DNA of 64,000 nt. It comes from the human T2T-CHM13v2.0 reference genome, Homo sapiens. The position numbers and the translations under genes were made by a program. Below are positions 11,416 through 27,810 of the stretch, one piece after another. Position 1 is the stretch's first letter. Every line of letters starts with the position of its first letter. A model generated the notes under the pieces. That model was not told where the DNA came from, made no database searches, and saw only the letters and a program-made list of their open reading frames with translations. Location of the stretch: NCBI RefSeq assembly GCF_009914755.1, contig NC_060927.1; one strand, given 5' to 3'.

Positions 11416-12167
11416 GGAATGGTATTTTGAACAAGGTACAGCATTTTGACCACCTGTTTGTTGCTTCAGTTTCTTTTGTAATCAGACTTGCTCTCCATCC
11501 CCGCTCACCTCCCCCTTTTATAACCTGATAGATTTGAATGTTGGGGTAGGAGGTGGTCTAGTTCATACTGATTTCACAAATGAAGAAACTCGGGTAGATT
11601 GTCGCAGAAGTTATTCTTACAGCTTCTTACTCTATAATGAAGATTTATGGTATACGCAAGGGCAGTCTGGTGCGCTCTGTTCCTCACTTGATTTCAGTGA
11701 TCTCTGAAATGTCACCCAAGATGGTGGTGGCTGGTTCGTGAGTGTTTTTTTTCTTTTTGTGCGTGAGTGAAGTTTTGTTAGAGGTATTTTAAGCATTAAT
11801 TGAAAAGCTGCATTTCTGAACTGAGTTTTCGAATTTTCCTACGTGTTGACGCAAACAGATCCCCATTTCTTTGTCTTGTGTTTTATTGTGTGATGCGCCC
11901 GTGAAGGTAGAGGTTGACTTCTCTCTTTCCACACACAGCACTCTCCTCTGTGGTTATTAAGGGGATTAAAAAAAGAAAAAGAGTGAAATGTAAACAGTTT
12001 TATAATGTAACTGTTTTTATTATCACTGGCTATAGTAAAATAGAGATAATGTCCTCTCTGACATAGGAGCTGAGGACTAGAGACTTGGCAAGAAAGCCAA
12101 AGCAAGCCTGGAACCCAAGTTTTTGGAGCTTTGTGGTGCTCTTGTTTATTTAATTTTAATTTTGTTT

Positions 12168-12743
<576 letters not shown>

Positions 12744-12964
12744 TAAATTGTATGAGCAAGGTCTTTGGGGACATGACCCTCAGTCGTGCCAACCCTGCTC
12801 TCTAGGAGCAGAGAAGTGAAATGTGAGTGAGGAACATTGAGCATCAATGGGACAGGTGAAGTGGAGAGAAAGATGCTCATACCTGAAGGAGATGGGGAGC
12901 AGTGCTGAACCAGACCTTGAAAGATAGGAGGATATGGGCTAGGGAGGTGGGGACGTTGAGGGTA

Positions 12965-13487
12965 TAGCAGAGGAAAAACTTTATGCCTCTACCCTGCTTG
13001 ATTCAGTAGCTAGGTGCCCTGAGAAACAAACTGATAAAAAACATTAACAAGAGAAAAATCAGTTTTAATTATGTAAGTAGGCACTGGCAATCACAAAGAA
13101 ATAAGAGTCAAAGAGGCAAGTAGAATTTGGCGGGTTCTGTGTCATCCCAAAGGGCAACAAAGTATGGAGAAAAGGTGAGACAAAGGAAAACGGGTTTGGG
13201 ATTCCTGCTGGGGAGTAAGTTATGGGAAGGCAACTTGGAAACGTGGGATACTCAAGACATGTTTAATAAGGTGTGCAGATTCAAGTGGGTGCCTTGTCCA
13301 TAGATAAGAGATTGTACAGGAGACGGAGACACCCTTCCAAATGTAAATTTCTTTACAAAAGGAAAATTTATGCTCCGTTTTTAGAGCTTTTCCGGCATCT
13401 GCTGTTCTTCAGTTGCTTCTGCTCAAAATAATCCTTATGTCAAAGAGGCATATTTTGTTTGTAGGGGTGGGAGTCTGGTCCGCTTCA
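12965..13487 (-). mobile_element. ERV1-class solo LTR (MER34/MER39-like)
   Basis: GCATCTGCTGTTCTTCAGTTGC...CTCAAAATAATCCTTATGTCAAAGAGGCATATTTT resembles the recalled consensus end. Confidence 0.55.
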
Positions 13488-13658
13488 TAGGTGAGCTAAG
13501 GCAGTAGCATTATGTGGGCAGAAGTTAGCAGCTTGTTTTGTCTGTTTGAGGTGTGGTGGGAAGCCAGGCTGGAAGCAGAGGCTGCAGGGGAGATGCAGGA
13601 TGTGGAAGCCAAGAAAATATAGAGCTCCCATCTTGAAAATAAGGGGCACCCTTTAGAT

Positions 13659-13858
13659 CAGTGCTATCCAGTGAAGCTTTTTGTAATGCAGTAAATGTTC
13701 TATTCTCTGCTGTCAAATACGGTAGCCACTGGTCACATATGGCTGTGGAGCACTTGAGATATGGCTAGTGTGACTGGTTTTTAAACTTTAATTTTAATCC
13801 ATTTAAATGTAAACATAAATAGTCCCAGTGGCTTGTGGCCACTCTTTGGACAACACAG
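13659..13858. mobile_element. MER3/MER33-type hAT MITE
   Basis: CAGTGCTATCCAGT...GTAGCCACTGGTCACATATGGCT...GGACAACACAG. Confidence 0.7.
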
Positions 13859-14404
13859 GGTAGAGCTTTGGGAAGATGACTTCTATGGAGTATGTCAAGT
13901 AGATGTGAGCAGGAGACAGAGAATGATGTGCCTCCGCCCTGCAAGAGGTGATTGACCCTCCCCTCCACTGGTCTTCCTGTCCAGTGTTCCTGGAGATGGA
14001 TCAGGAACTCACTCTCTGCTTCCCTGCTGTGGGTCCCAGTGTCTAGTCTGTGCCTTTGATACGGCACACACATCTGTTACTTAACTGCCTTTCACACCTC
14101 CAGCTCCAGGCTCCATGTCCAGCCTGGCCCAGCCCTCTCCATCCCTTGGTTGGCACAGGGATTCCCAGGCTTTCTTGCCGGTCTTTGGGGGTTGTGTTTT
14201 GCTTTGACTTTTGGAGAAACTACACTCTCAGGGAAGATGCCCTTTGGCCCATCTCTGCCTTTAACCGTGAAGTGAAGGCAGATGTGCATGAGTTTTCAGA
14301 ATTCTCTCACACCCTTGCAGCAGGAGGGGAGGAAAGAAGAGATTGGGAGAGGGATATCGTGAAGAGTGTCTAAACCCAGAGAAATGGGGTGACATGAAGA
14401 GTCT

Positions 14405-16000
<1,596 letters not shown>

Positions 16001-16656
16001 TTCATTTCTGATGGAGGCATACCGGCATTCACTGTAGTGTTCTTTATTCTGTATATTTTAAATATTTTTATAATTAAAGGTTGGGGAAAAGTAATGAAGT
16101 CATGTTCTAAATATTGTGTAATATATAGAGTCTTGGACATCATTTAGAATATCTAAGTCTCTGTATGTTTCATAATAGCGATACTCTAGATTTGAATTAA
16201 AAGATGAGTATAAATAAATTTATTATGAGTAAAGTCACTTGATAGTATTTTTGAATTGGTGAAATTAGCTTTTGTTTTCCTTTATATACACTGTGGCCGG
16301 CACAATATCCTACTCATCTTATCGTCAATCTGATACTTGCTGAATGAATCATGCACAAGGTGGAGGTTCTTCCTCTCTCCTGCCTTCTCAGGGGTTCAGA
16401 ATAACCATTTGTGTCATTCACAACACCTTATAGATGTGCCCACTGTCATCTGAATTGAATTAGTCTAATCCGATAAAGCTTATTAATATTAAATAAGTAT
16501 TTTTTGAGTGTGTTTATATTTAAAGCTTATGCAGTATTTCAAAATGGAATGTTGAACTCCCTGCCTGAATTTCTACACCTTTTTTTTGGCTAAGAACACA
16601 TCTTTAACATGGTAAAATACAGCTCTAATTTTCAAGTTCTAAAAAATTAACCAGAG

Positions 16657-17019
<363 letters not shown>

Positions 17020-18084
17020 TTAGACTTTTAAATAAAATCTTTATTATCTCTGGTTTTCTATTTAGAGGCACTTGTACATGATGTCATATTAGTCTTTATG
17101 GAGGTAGTAATTCAATTTAGCTGACATTTTTAGCCACCTGAGCAGAATTCTCGGCCCTAAGGATTCAAAGACGAATGAGATATGGTTCCCGAACTTGTGC
17201 AGAAAATTGTTTTATGAAGACCTTGCCCCTGCTAAAATCTCTCTTGGCTACCTGGGGGAGGCAGCCTGTTCGGGAGGTTGGAATGAGTGTCCTGGTGTAG
17301 CTGTTAGGAGCAGGAGACCTGCACAGTGTAGCTGGGAGATGGCTGAAGCACAGAGATTACAGAATGAGCTGTGATTCTCCGAGACGCTAGCACCCGGGGC
17401 TGCCTTTCACTGGGTTTGATGGAAGAACCTGCCGTTCTCACTGTTGCAGGCAAAATCAAATGGTATAGAGGAATTGATATCAAGGTGTGCAATTAAACTG
17501 TGGCTTCTTTCTGCAGGCAACTTTGCAAGCTATTAGGCTTTAGATTTTTTTCTTACCTTGTTCTAGCAATTAGAGAGATCTTTATAAATTTGGCTGTGGA
17601 AACACAGATTTAGGGTAAGAGCAGGATTTTATGAAATGTAGATTGATAAAGAGAAAATGGAGGTTATTATCAAAGAAGGACTGGGATGAATTAAGTTTAA
17701 CGAGGTAATGGTCACTGCATTTTTTTCCCTTTTGCTAGAAATCAGAATGATCCCTTCCTTCCTCTGCTCAGCGCTGTCAGGCAGTTGTCACAGTCAGATT
17801 TGTCTCCACATCTTAAGCCCGCCCACAGGAAGTCTCTCATCTGGGGGTGTTGGGCAGTGCTTCAGCAGGACAATTCCTCCGCCAGCGCCCCACCTTTAAA
17901 CAGGTGTGCCTGCTCAAGGCTTAGTTGATGTTGCCCCATGCAGTTGCTGTGAGACTTCTAGGAAGCTACCACTCCTCATTGCTGCTGGGGGAGGAAAGGT
18001 GGAGAGGGTCTAGGAGGCCGAGAGCTTGCTGAGATCCTGTACCTTCCTGCAGGGCTTTCCTCTGAATCTCCTGCGCCTAGCAGG

Positions 18085-18130
18085 GCATTCCCACCCCGCC
18101 AAGTGCTCCACCCCGCCCCGCCCCTCCTCC
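18085..18130 (+). promoter_or_regulatory. TRAK1: GC-box cluster upstream of alternative first exon B
   Basis: CCCCGCC (18094) and CCCCGCCCCGCCCC (18111-18124) Sp/KLF-type boxes in a GC-rich patch ~240 bp upstream of ATG 18360. Confidence 0.55.
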
Positions 18131-18359
18131 AGGCTCATAGGAGCCACCCCCTTCCGGGTCCTGCCCGGGTGATGCTGGGCCAGGAGCTTTGTGTACACCC
18201 CTCCACTTCAGCTGAGCCAGGGCATGTCTGCGGCCCAGGCCAGGGCGCAGTGTGTGCCCTGGGGGCCCAGGCCTGCATGGCTCCTCTGGGTAGGGGGTCG
18301 GGGGCACCCCCAAGGATGGTCCCTTAGGGTGATGTTTTGGCTTTGGGGTGACTTCAGCA

Positions 18360-18471
18360 ATGTCCCTGCGAGACAAGGGCGGGGAAGAAGAATGTTTTGA
18401 ATACGACTGCCAGGATGAAGAGAGGAAGCCAACCCACAGGCAGCATGACACCCAGGACCTCTTGGAAGAGG
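18360..18471 (+). CDS. TRAK1: TRAK1 alternative first coding exon B (MSLRDKGGEEECFEYDCQDEERKPTHRQHDTQDLLEE+G, phase 1)
   Basis: ATG with G at -3, 37 codons + 1 nt, donor G|GTAAAT; in frame with exon 34812. Matches a recalled TRAK1 isoform N-terminus. Confidence 0.9.
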
Positions 18472-19370
18472 GTAAATTCTGTACTTGGCTCAGATTTGAT
18501 CCTTTCCTTGTTAGTATCTAAATAGGCTTGAATGTTTTGCTGATTTCATAGCACTGTTTTGTTTTTTTTTTTTTTTAAGTTGAGGTATAAGTTAGAGATC
18601 TTATGCAAATGGCTTAAAGGTGTCCTTGTAAGAGCCCCCACCCCCTCACCCAGAGAACAGCATTTCCAGCTCCTCAGGAAGTCCCTTGGTCCCTTTCTAG
18701 TTTACATCTACCTTCCCAGAAACAATTATTATGACTTCTGTCACCTTAGATTTGTTTTGCCACTTCCCGATCTTTGTAATGGAATCAAACAGGGTGTATT
18801 CCTTTGTGTCTGGCTTTTGTTGCTTAACTGAGGTCTTTGAAATTCATCCTTGTTGTTGCTAATATCACTAATTTTTTTTTGTGCATGGCATTCCAGCATT
18901 CTGTTTTAAGAGATTCAGTTGTTATCTTGTGACTGGTTGGGTTTTGATAAGTTAATGGACAAGAGACCAGTCTTATTAAATGAAGCATGTTTTTGTTCTG
19001 GCAGTGTTTATTTTTAAAAAAATTATTAATCACTTATCTGAAATAAAGATTTTTTAAATCTTAGAAATATTTCAAAATGAATAGCCCAAGGCTGACATTG
19101 AAATCTGGGAGCCCACTGCCGGCTCTCTTAAAGAGATGCTCCTTTGCAGGGAAAAGGGAGGATGTTAGGTAAAGATAGGCCCAGATGCTGGTATGAGCTT
19201 TCTAGTTGGCCTTCCAGGGCTTTCACCCACAGCCCAGAGAAAGGAGCTTTGGGGGCTGATCAGGATGTTTAAACAATGACTAATGTTCTTTAGGTCCCTT
19301 GAGTAAAAACAATCAGAATATGTTTCAAACTTCTGCTTTAGGATGGTCTATTTTCCTGTCTTGGGATAAC

Positions 19371-19600
19371 TTTTTTCTTTTTTCTTTTTTTTGGGACGGG
19401 GTCTCACTCTGTTGCCCAGGCTGCGGTGCAGCAGTGTTATCCTGGCTCACGGCAGCCTTGACCTTCTGGGCTCAAGCGATCCTCCCACCTCAGCCTCCCT
19501 AGTAGTGAGTAGCAGGGCCCACAGGCACACACCAACTTGCCCAGCTAATTTTTAAAATTTTTTGGTAGAGACAGGATCTCACTAAGTTGCCCAGGCTGGA
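19371..19600 (-). mobile_element. Partial AluJ
   Basis: Right arm plus part of left arm. Confidence 0.85.
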
Positions 19601-19954
19601 ACTTTTGTTTTCAACATTATTTATAATCAGCCATATACTGAAAGTATTTTTCTTTTGAAGTTACTGTTCTAAAAATATGGTTAACACTTCCCCTCCAGGA
19701 CAGCTGCAAATATTTTATTGCAGGAAGGGAAGAAACTGGGAGAAGCCAGGGGAGGGTGAGGGACCCAATGCTGAGGCCTGCATTCTGGCTGGTGCCTTTC
19801 TGGCCTTGTCTTGAAGGAGATGGGGGAGGGGAGGGGAGTGACGGGATTGAGGATTTGTTAGGTCCCTGGAAGGGATCAGGAGAAAGGTATCCATCTGCCC
19901 TTGTAGAACTAGGGCTCCCCCAGATTTAGCTGGATTAGCTTCCTGCCCCTTTAA

Positions 19955-20112
19955 TCTCTGCTGCTTCAAGTGCAGCCAGTGCCCTCATCACCTGTGAGCT
20001 TGCTAGAAATGCAGAACCTTAGGCCCCAGCCCAGACCCACTGAGTCAGCATCTGCCTTGTAACAAGATGTCCAGATGATGGGCACGCATGTTAAAGTATG
20101 AGATGAGCTGCT
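19955..20112. mobile_element. MER5A-type MITE
   Basis: CATCACCTGTGAGCTTGCTAGAAATGCAGA...CCCAGACCCACTGAGTCAG. Confidence 0.75.
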
Positions 20113-20359
20113 GCCTTAAAGCCTAGCAAGATTTTAAAAATACCAGTCATTGAACTGTATGATTCTAGATTAAAGGCTATAAAATATTCTGGAGCAGTAT
20201 CATATATCCTAGTCAAGAGAGGAAAAAAATTTGTGTTGTGCCCATTTCATGTATATAATGTATATAAATATGTGCTGATATATAAACATATAAATATATA
20301 TTATATATAAATATATGACGAGAGAGAGACCCTCTCTTTCTCTCTCTCATTATATATTT

Positions 20360-20885
20360 TGTCAACTAAGTGAAATAACAGGCACTAGAACTTAGAGAAA
20401 TCACAGTTTATTCTGATCCAGGCTTGAGGACTTGAGCCCAGGAACACAGGCTCAGTATAGACCGAGAATGTGTCCTGAAGTAGACGGCTTGAGACACCGT
20501 AGATAATGCATTTTCTAATAGGGGGATACGTGTGACACAGAAGGTGGGGGAAGAGGATAGTGAAGCAACAGTTCCTTTCCTGTAATTCTGTTTGGTGCAC
20601 AGCGATGCTGTACATAAGGTAAATATGCAGTTGAGCAGTAGGGAGAAAGTTTAGGTATCTCAGGGGTCTGGTGGAGGGTGACTGATTTTGTCAATCCTGC
20701 CTTTTGTTCTACATCTGATAAACAGGTTTCTGACCAGTTCCTGTCAGCAAAATATTTGACAAACTCTGGTTATACAGGCAAGAGGTCAGCTTTAGTTTAT
20801 AGGCCTAGGTCTTATTACCCTCGTGCTCATCTGCAGCCATCAGGGGCCACTGTTAAATTTTTCGTTAGAAATTTTCTTTTCCTGA
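20360..20885. mobile_element. Probable ERV1-class solo LTR
   Basis: TGTCAAC start and composition resembling MER4-group LTRs; family not resolved. Confidence 0.35.
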
Positions 20886-20935
20886 AAATTTATGTAGATA
20901 CATGTATTAAACTTTTTTAAAAAACCAAGAGCCAG

Positions 20936-21205
20936 ATGATGATGATAGTGAATGTCATTATGCACTTCCTAAGTACTTGGCACCATTTTCAGTGATGTTA
21001 AATCTCTGCTGCTTCAAGTGCAGCCAGTGCCTTTATGTGGATTCATGCATTGAACCTTTAAAACATTCGAGGTCAAATACTGTTATTATTCCCATTTTAT
21101 AGGTTTATGGGAGGAAATGTGAACAACTTGTCTAAAGTCACACAGTGAGTTAAGTGGTCCCAGCCTATTTAGAATGGCTGTAGAACTCTCTGCTCTTAAC
21201 TATGA
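20936..21205 (-). mobile_element. MIR SINE carrying a 31-bp templated insertion
   Basis: TACTGTTATTATTCCCATTTTATAG...AACTTGTCTAAAGTCACACAG MIR core. Confidence 0.7.
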
Positions 21206-21207
21206 TG

Positions 21208-21690
21208 CTAGCAGTTCTCAAAGTGGGGTCCCTGACCAGCAGCATCAGGATCACCTAGGAACTTGTTAGAAATGCACCTTCTTGGAGGCCAGGCATGGTG
21301 GCTCACACCTGTAATCCCAGCACTTTGGGAGGCTGAGGCGGGTGGATCATGAGGTCAGGAGTTCAAGACCAGCCTGGCCAAGATGGTGAACCCCTGTCTC
21401 TACTAAAAATGCAAAAATTAGCTGGGCATGGTGGCGGGCGCCTGTAGTCCCAGCTACTCGGGAGGCTGAGGCAGGGAATTGCTTGAACCTGGGAGGCGGA
21501 GCTTGCAGTGAGCCAAGATCGCGCCACTGCACTCCAGCCTGGGCGGCAGAGCGAGACTCCATCTCAAAGAAAAAAAAAAAAAAAGGCATGGACCTTCTTG
21601 GGTCCCACTCCAGACCTACTGAATCAGAAACTGGGGTGGGACCAAGCAAGCTGGGTTTTAACACGCCCTCTGGGTGATTCTAATGCACAT
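21208..21690. mobile_element. MER5A split by an Alu (21287-21583, +) with TSD ~ACCTTCTTGG
   Basis: MER5A halves on both sides of a full Alu. Confidence 0.85.
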
Positions 21691-24600
21691 TGTCCTGTGC
21701 TAATCCACACCTCATAGATAACAGTGTATCTGCCTTATAATCGGATTCAAGGGAAGAGATTTTGCCTTGTATTTGTCATCTTATGATAGATAATTACTGT
21801 CTGTTCTCTCCTTCTCTTGTTTGTTTCTATCCAGTTTTCCCTCATACTCCAAGAAATCATTTTTAGCAGTCCTGTAGGTGAGGTGTTAACAGTATTTTTA
21901 GGACAGTAACCTCGAAAGAAAAACACTTGCCAACATGCTTCATTTACTTTGTAAAATGAAACAAACTCACTTTTAAGGTTTGCTCCTGACATGAAAGAAG
22001 CAAGGCTGTGGTGCAGATCAGAAAGATAGCAACTTAGAAAGTTTGGTGTCATGGCCAGTTTTGCTGGAAACACGTGTATCTCAGAGCAAGCTGGGCAGGA
22101 CCCCATTTTTCTCTGTCATGATCACACCACCTTTGTCCTGAGTTCACAGGAAGCCAGTCCCATGTGGAGCAGAAATACTCTGTGAGTAGTGAAAATATGT
22201 GTGTGGATTTGGATCTAACCGTGTTACCTGGATTTCAAGGTGTTTCTACATTGTCAACTTGCCTAAAAGAGGTGCTTTTGGTTGAAATCTGTAAGATACA
22301 ATTAGTATTTCAGTTGCTCTGATAGTTACAGATACAGGATACATTTGTTGTTCTCTCCAGGTCACCTTATGGGATAATAGGCACTTTCTCATGTCACTCA
22401 TTTAATCTTTAAAACAAACTTTCAGGTAAACATTCTCATTTTGCAAGCAAAGCACCTGAGGCTCAGATAGTTTGCACTTGTGTAGAGTCCCTCAGCTCGA
22501 AGCACAGAGCTGGGTCTTTGCCCTGCCTTGTGGGGTTCTGTGTTTCACCATGCCCAGGCTCTAAGCTGACAGAGTTCTAGGCCCTTCCCTTGTATTATCT
22601 CATTGAATCCTCTTATCCCATGAGGTGGGTGCTCCTGGGAGACCAGGCAGCAGGAGAGGGCTTGGCTCTCACTGTCTTTCCAGGGAGAGGAAATATCCAG
22701 GCCCTGGGTCTTCTGGCTCCTGAAAACTTGCACAATGAGAAAGCAAAATTGATCTCAGGTGCTTAGTGACATATTTAGAGGAGGGCTCTTCTGCTTTTCG
22801 CAATCCCTCTCCTCACTATGAGATTAAGAGGGCTGAACTGCATGAATGAAATAGTGGGTCCCGCCCTGTCTCAGTGCCTGGGCAGCTGCATGAGGAAAAC
22901 ACTGGTGAAAAGAGAAGTTTCATGGTCACTTCCTTGTGGCCTATTACCTGGCAAATTTCCAGTGTTCTTTTTCTTTTTTCTTTTTCTTAAATGAAATGCA
23001 TCAAGAAGCCTGACTTTGTAATTTCTTCTCATCAGGTTACTTCCAATCCTATTACCCATTTGCAAAGTGAATCACTAAATTTCTGGCAAATGGTATTCAG
23101 GATTGCTCAGGAGAAGGCATGATTTGGATAGAGATGCACAATGGTCTGGAGTTTGCTGAGTGTTCTCATGACCAGGTTTAGGTTCCCCGAGAACACGGGC
23201 TGCAGGAGAGAGAATGCATTCCACTTTCCTTAGGGGTCGTTGCTAAGAGTATGTGAGTGGGCAGAGTCAGTCTTCTGCACAAAGGGCAGTTTTGAGGTGT
23301 TGAACACTAACCAGACATGATCATCTGGAAAAACGGGTGAAAAAAATGCCAGTCAGTGGTGGGAACCCAGAGCCTTCTGTGTCTATGTCCAGTGGCTGCA
23401 CCTGCTGGCTGTTCAAATTCTCCATCTGGTTCCCAGGCGAAGCTGGAGATTCAGCACAGATGGAGCACATTTCTCCAGCTTGGGAGAGCATTCCTGGGCT
23501 GCAGAGAAAGGACTGGGCCCTGTGGGGGAATAACTGGATCCAGGAGTGCCGTGTCTTGGAGGTGGTTGTGATGCGTCAGGCTTTTGTGGGCTGTGGAGTT
23601 GGGAATGTCAGCCCCAGAGAAGGGGCCTGAGTCCTGGGCCTTTGTTAATGTAGTGTCATCGGCAGCACTCGAGGGTGCCGTGCACAACTTTCCCGATGGG
23701 TCAGTGTCGAAGGAGGAACTGACCTGGCGCATCAGTACCTACCGCAGCACTGTTACAAAGGTCTCTTGGTTCATGGTTTTCATTGTCCTTGTCTCCGCTT
23801 GGGATTTGGTCCTCAGTATCCATGGCTACCCCACGCAGGCCTCCTGTGGGGTCAGTCTCTCTGGGTGGTTCTCCTAATAGTGGGGTACCAGCATCACCCC
23901 AAGGCTGGCCATGGACAAAGAGCCTACTCACGTTCTCTGTATTTTGGGGTCCTTTTGCCACTCTGCCCATTTCTGGGGCCTGTCCCGTGTCCCTCTGCCA
24001 TCCCCAGCTTGCTTGTATCATCTGAGCTGCCTAGCAGTGTCTCTCACCTGACACCTTTCCTGCTTGCTCCTCTGTGTTATGCCAGTTTATGCATGTGCCC
24101 TACCTTCTCAACTAGGTCAGGAATTCCTCGAGGGTACGATTCATTTATTTACTTAGCAGACATTGAGAGCTCCAACTTAGGGGTTAGACAGATCAGGCCC
24201 TTCCATAATAGCTCTGTGACCTTGGGCAGTTTCTTTCTGTCTAAAATGGGACAGTAGTAATACTTTCCTCATAGGATGGATGTAAACGTTAAAGGAGGTG
24301 ACATACAGACAACTCTTAACAGAGTGCCAGGCTCATGGTGAGGGTGCCAGAGTGAACCATGTGTTTATTGCCTTATTAAATGTCTTGGTGATAAATGGCC
24401 ACTATAGATCAACACTGGGTGTTCCAGTCTGGGGCAGGGTGGCTGATTACAGCATCTAGCAAACCTGCTCCAAGTCCATGGTTGTGTCTCTCTCGACCTT
24501 GGACGAGCCACTGGCCTTTCTGTCTGGTTTGTTAAATGAGGCTCATATGTATGTTGTGGGCTTCTTCTGAGTTTTAAGTGAAATAATACTTGTAAAATGC

Positions 24601-25596
24601 CTAGGAAAGCAGTTGGCACATTGTAGATACCCAGTAGTAGTATACTCATTTCATTTATTCTTCTCTGCTTCTTAAATAACTTGTATTGGTGTCCTGCTCT
24701 TAGCCTGCAAGGCAAGGGAAAGTGAGCCAGTAGAATAGTCACACTACAACTTCATTAATAGTGATACTGATAAGCAATAAAAGGAAGCCATAGCTGTGCT
24801 GTTTTGGCCTCTGTCCTTGGCAAGTGGCACCATGCTCCTGCCTCCTAGTGCAGAGACTAGGCACCACACAGACATGGGTAATGGCTGTACAGACCATTGT
24901 TCGTACGGCTCTGGGTCGGTCTCTGCCCCCACTACTGTTCCGGCCACAAGGCTGCCTGCAAAAACAAAGTGACACAAAGAACAAGGAGATGGGGAGTTGC
25001 TAAGACAGATGCATTAAAAGGATGGCATCAATTAAGTGGCGTAGTCCTAGGCCAGAAGCAAACGGGCAGACTGCTACTGCTCCTCCCAAGTAAGAGGCGC
25101 TGGCTTATCATGCCCCCTCAGGCCTGTCTGGCGTTCAGATGACTTGTGGCCGGGATAGACTCACCAGGGCTCATGCTCATCTTGAGGGCATGCACTGTGC
25201 ACCCGAGCTTTGTTTTTACCCCTCTCTGGGGTGTCGATTAGAAATGAGCTCTTCTTTGCAAGTAGAACAGAGTTTTGTTTTGCTTTTTGAGTGTCAACTG
25301 TGGCCCAAAATGAGAAAGACTCAGCTGCCTTCATGTGACCTAAACAGCCCAGGTGGGAAGGGACATTTGTAAGCATTTGTTGGGTTTGTTCTGCCTGCCC
25401 TGCTGTAACCATTTTTGACACGAGGACACTGAGATAAGAATAAAAAGAAATTGTTCTTTCTTTTTATTGTAATTGCTGAGAAATGAGCATTGTTTTCTAT
25501 TACCAAGTACTGTGGGCCCTCACCCCGTTCCAGTGGCCACTTCAAAGTCTTCATCAAAATAGCTACATTTTGTTTTGTTTTTAAAACCAAGTAATG

Positions 25597-25922
<326 letters not shown>

Positions 25923-26399
25923 TTAGGGCTTAGTAGTTAATTCACTAGGACTATTTGGTCAAGTCTAAATTACTGAGGGTCAACAGGCAAGTGAGAGACT
26001 TGGCGAAGCCTTCAAGGAGGTGGCTATAACTTGGGAGAAGATAGAAGAGGTTTATGCCTAGGAAAAGAGTTCAAAGTCAAATTCTTCTCAGTTATGGCTG
26101 TATCATGAAATTATTTCTGTGATCTGACTAAATTTTATTTAATAACAATTTTCTAATTTTAAAATAGTCTAGTCTAAGTGGGGCAGATTAGTACCTTTAT
26201 GTGCTGTTTATCAGTGCTAGTTTCTTAGTGGGTGATTTGCCATTTCTAAACAATTTTGCTATGTGATAACATCATTGTGGACCCAAGGAAGTCCAAGTCA
26301 AGGGTTGAGACAATACAATAATGTTTTTACATTGTCATGTAACAGGGAAGTGGCTGGAATATGGCATGGTTCGGGGATGCTTGCTTGAGTGTCATTTAT

Positions 26400-27470
<1,071 letters not shown>

Positions 27471-27535
27471 CTTTAAAAAGTCTTCGTGACCTTAGGCAAT
27501 TCACCTGACTTCTCAGAGCCTCAGTTTCCCTGTCA

Positions 27536-27810
<275 letters not shown>

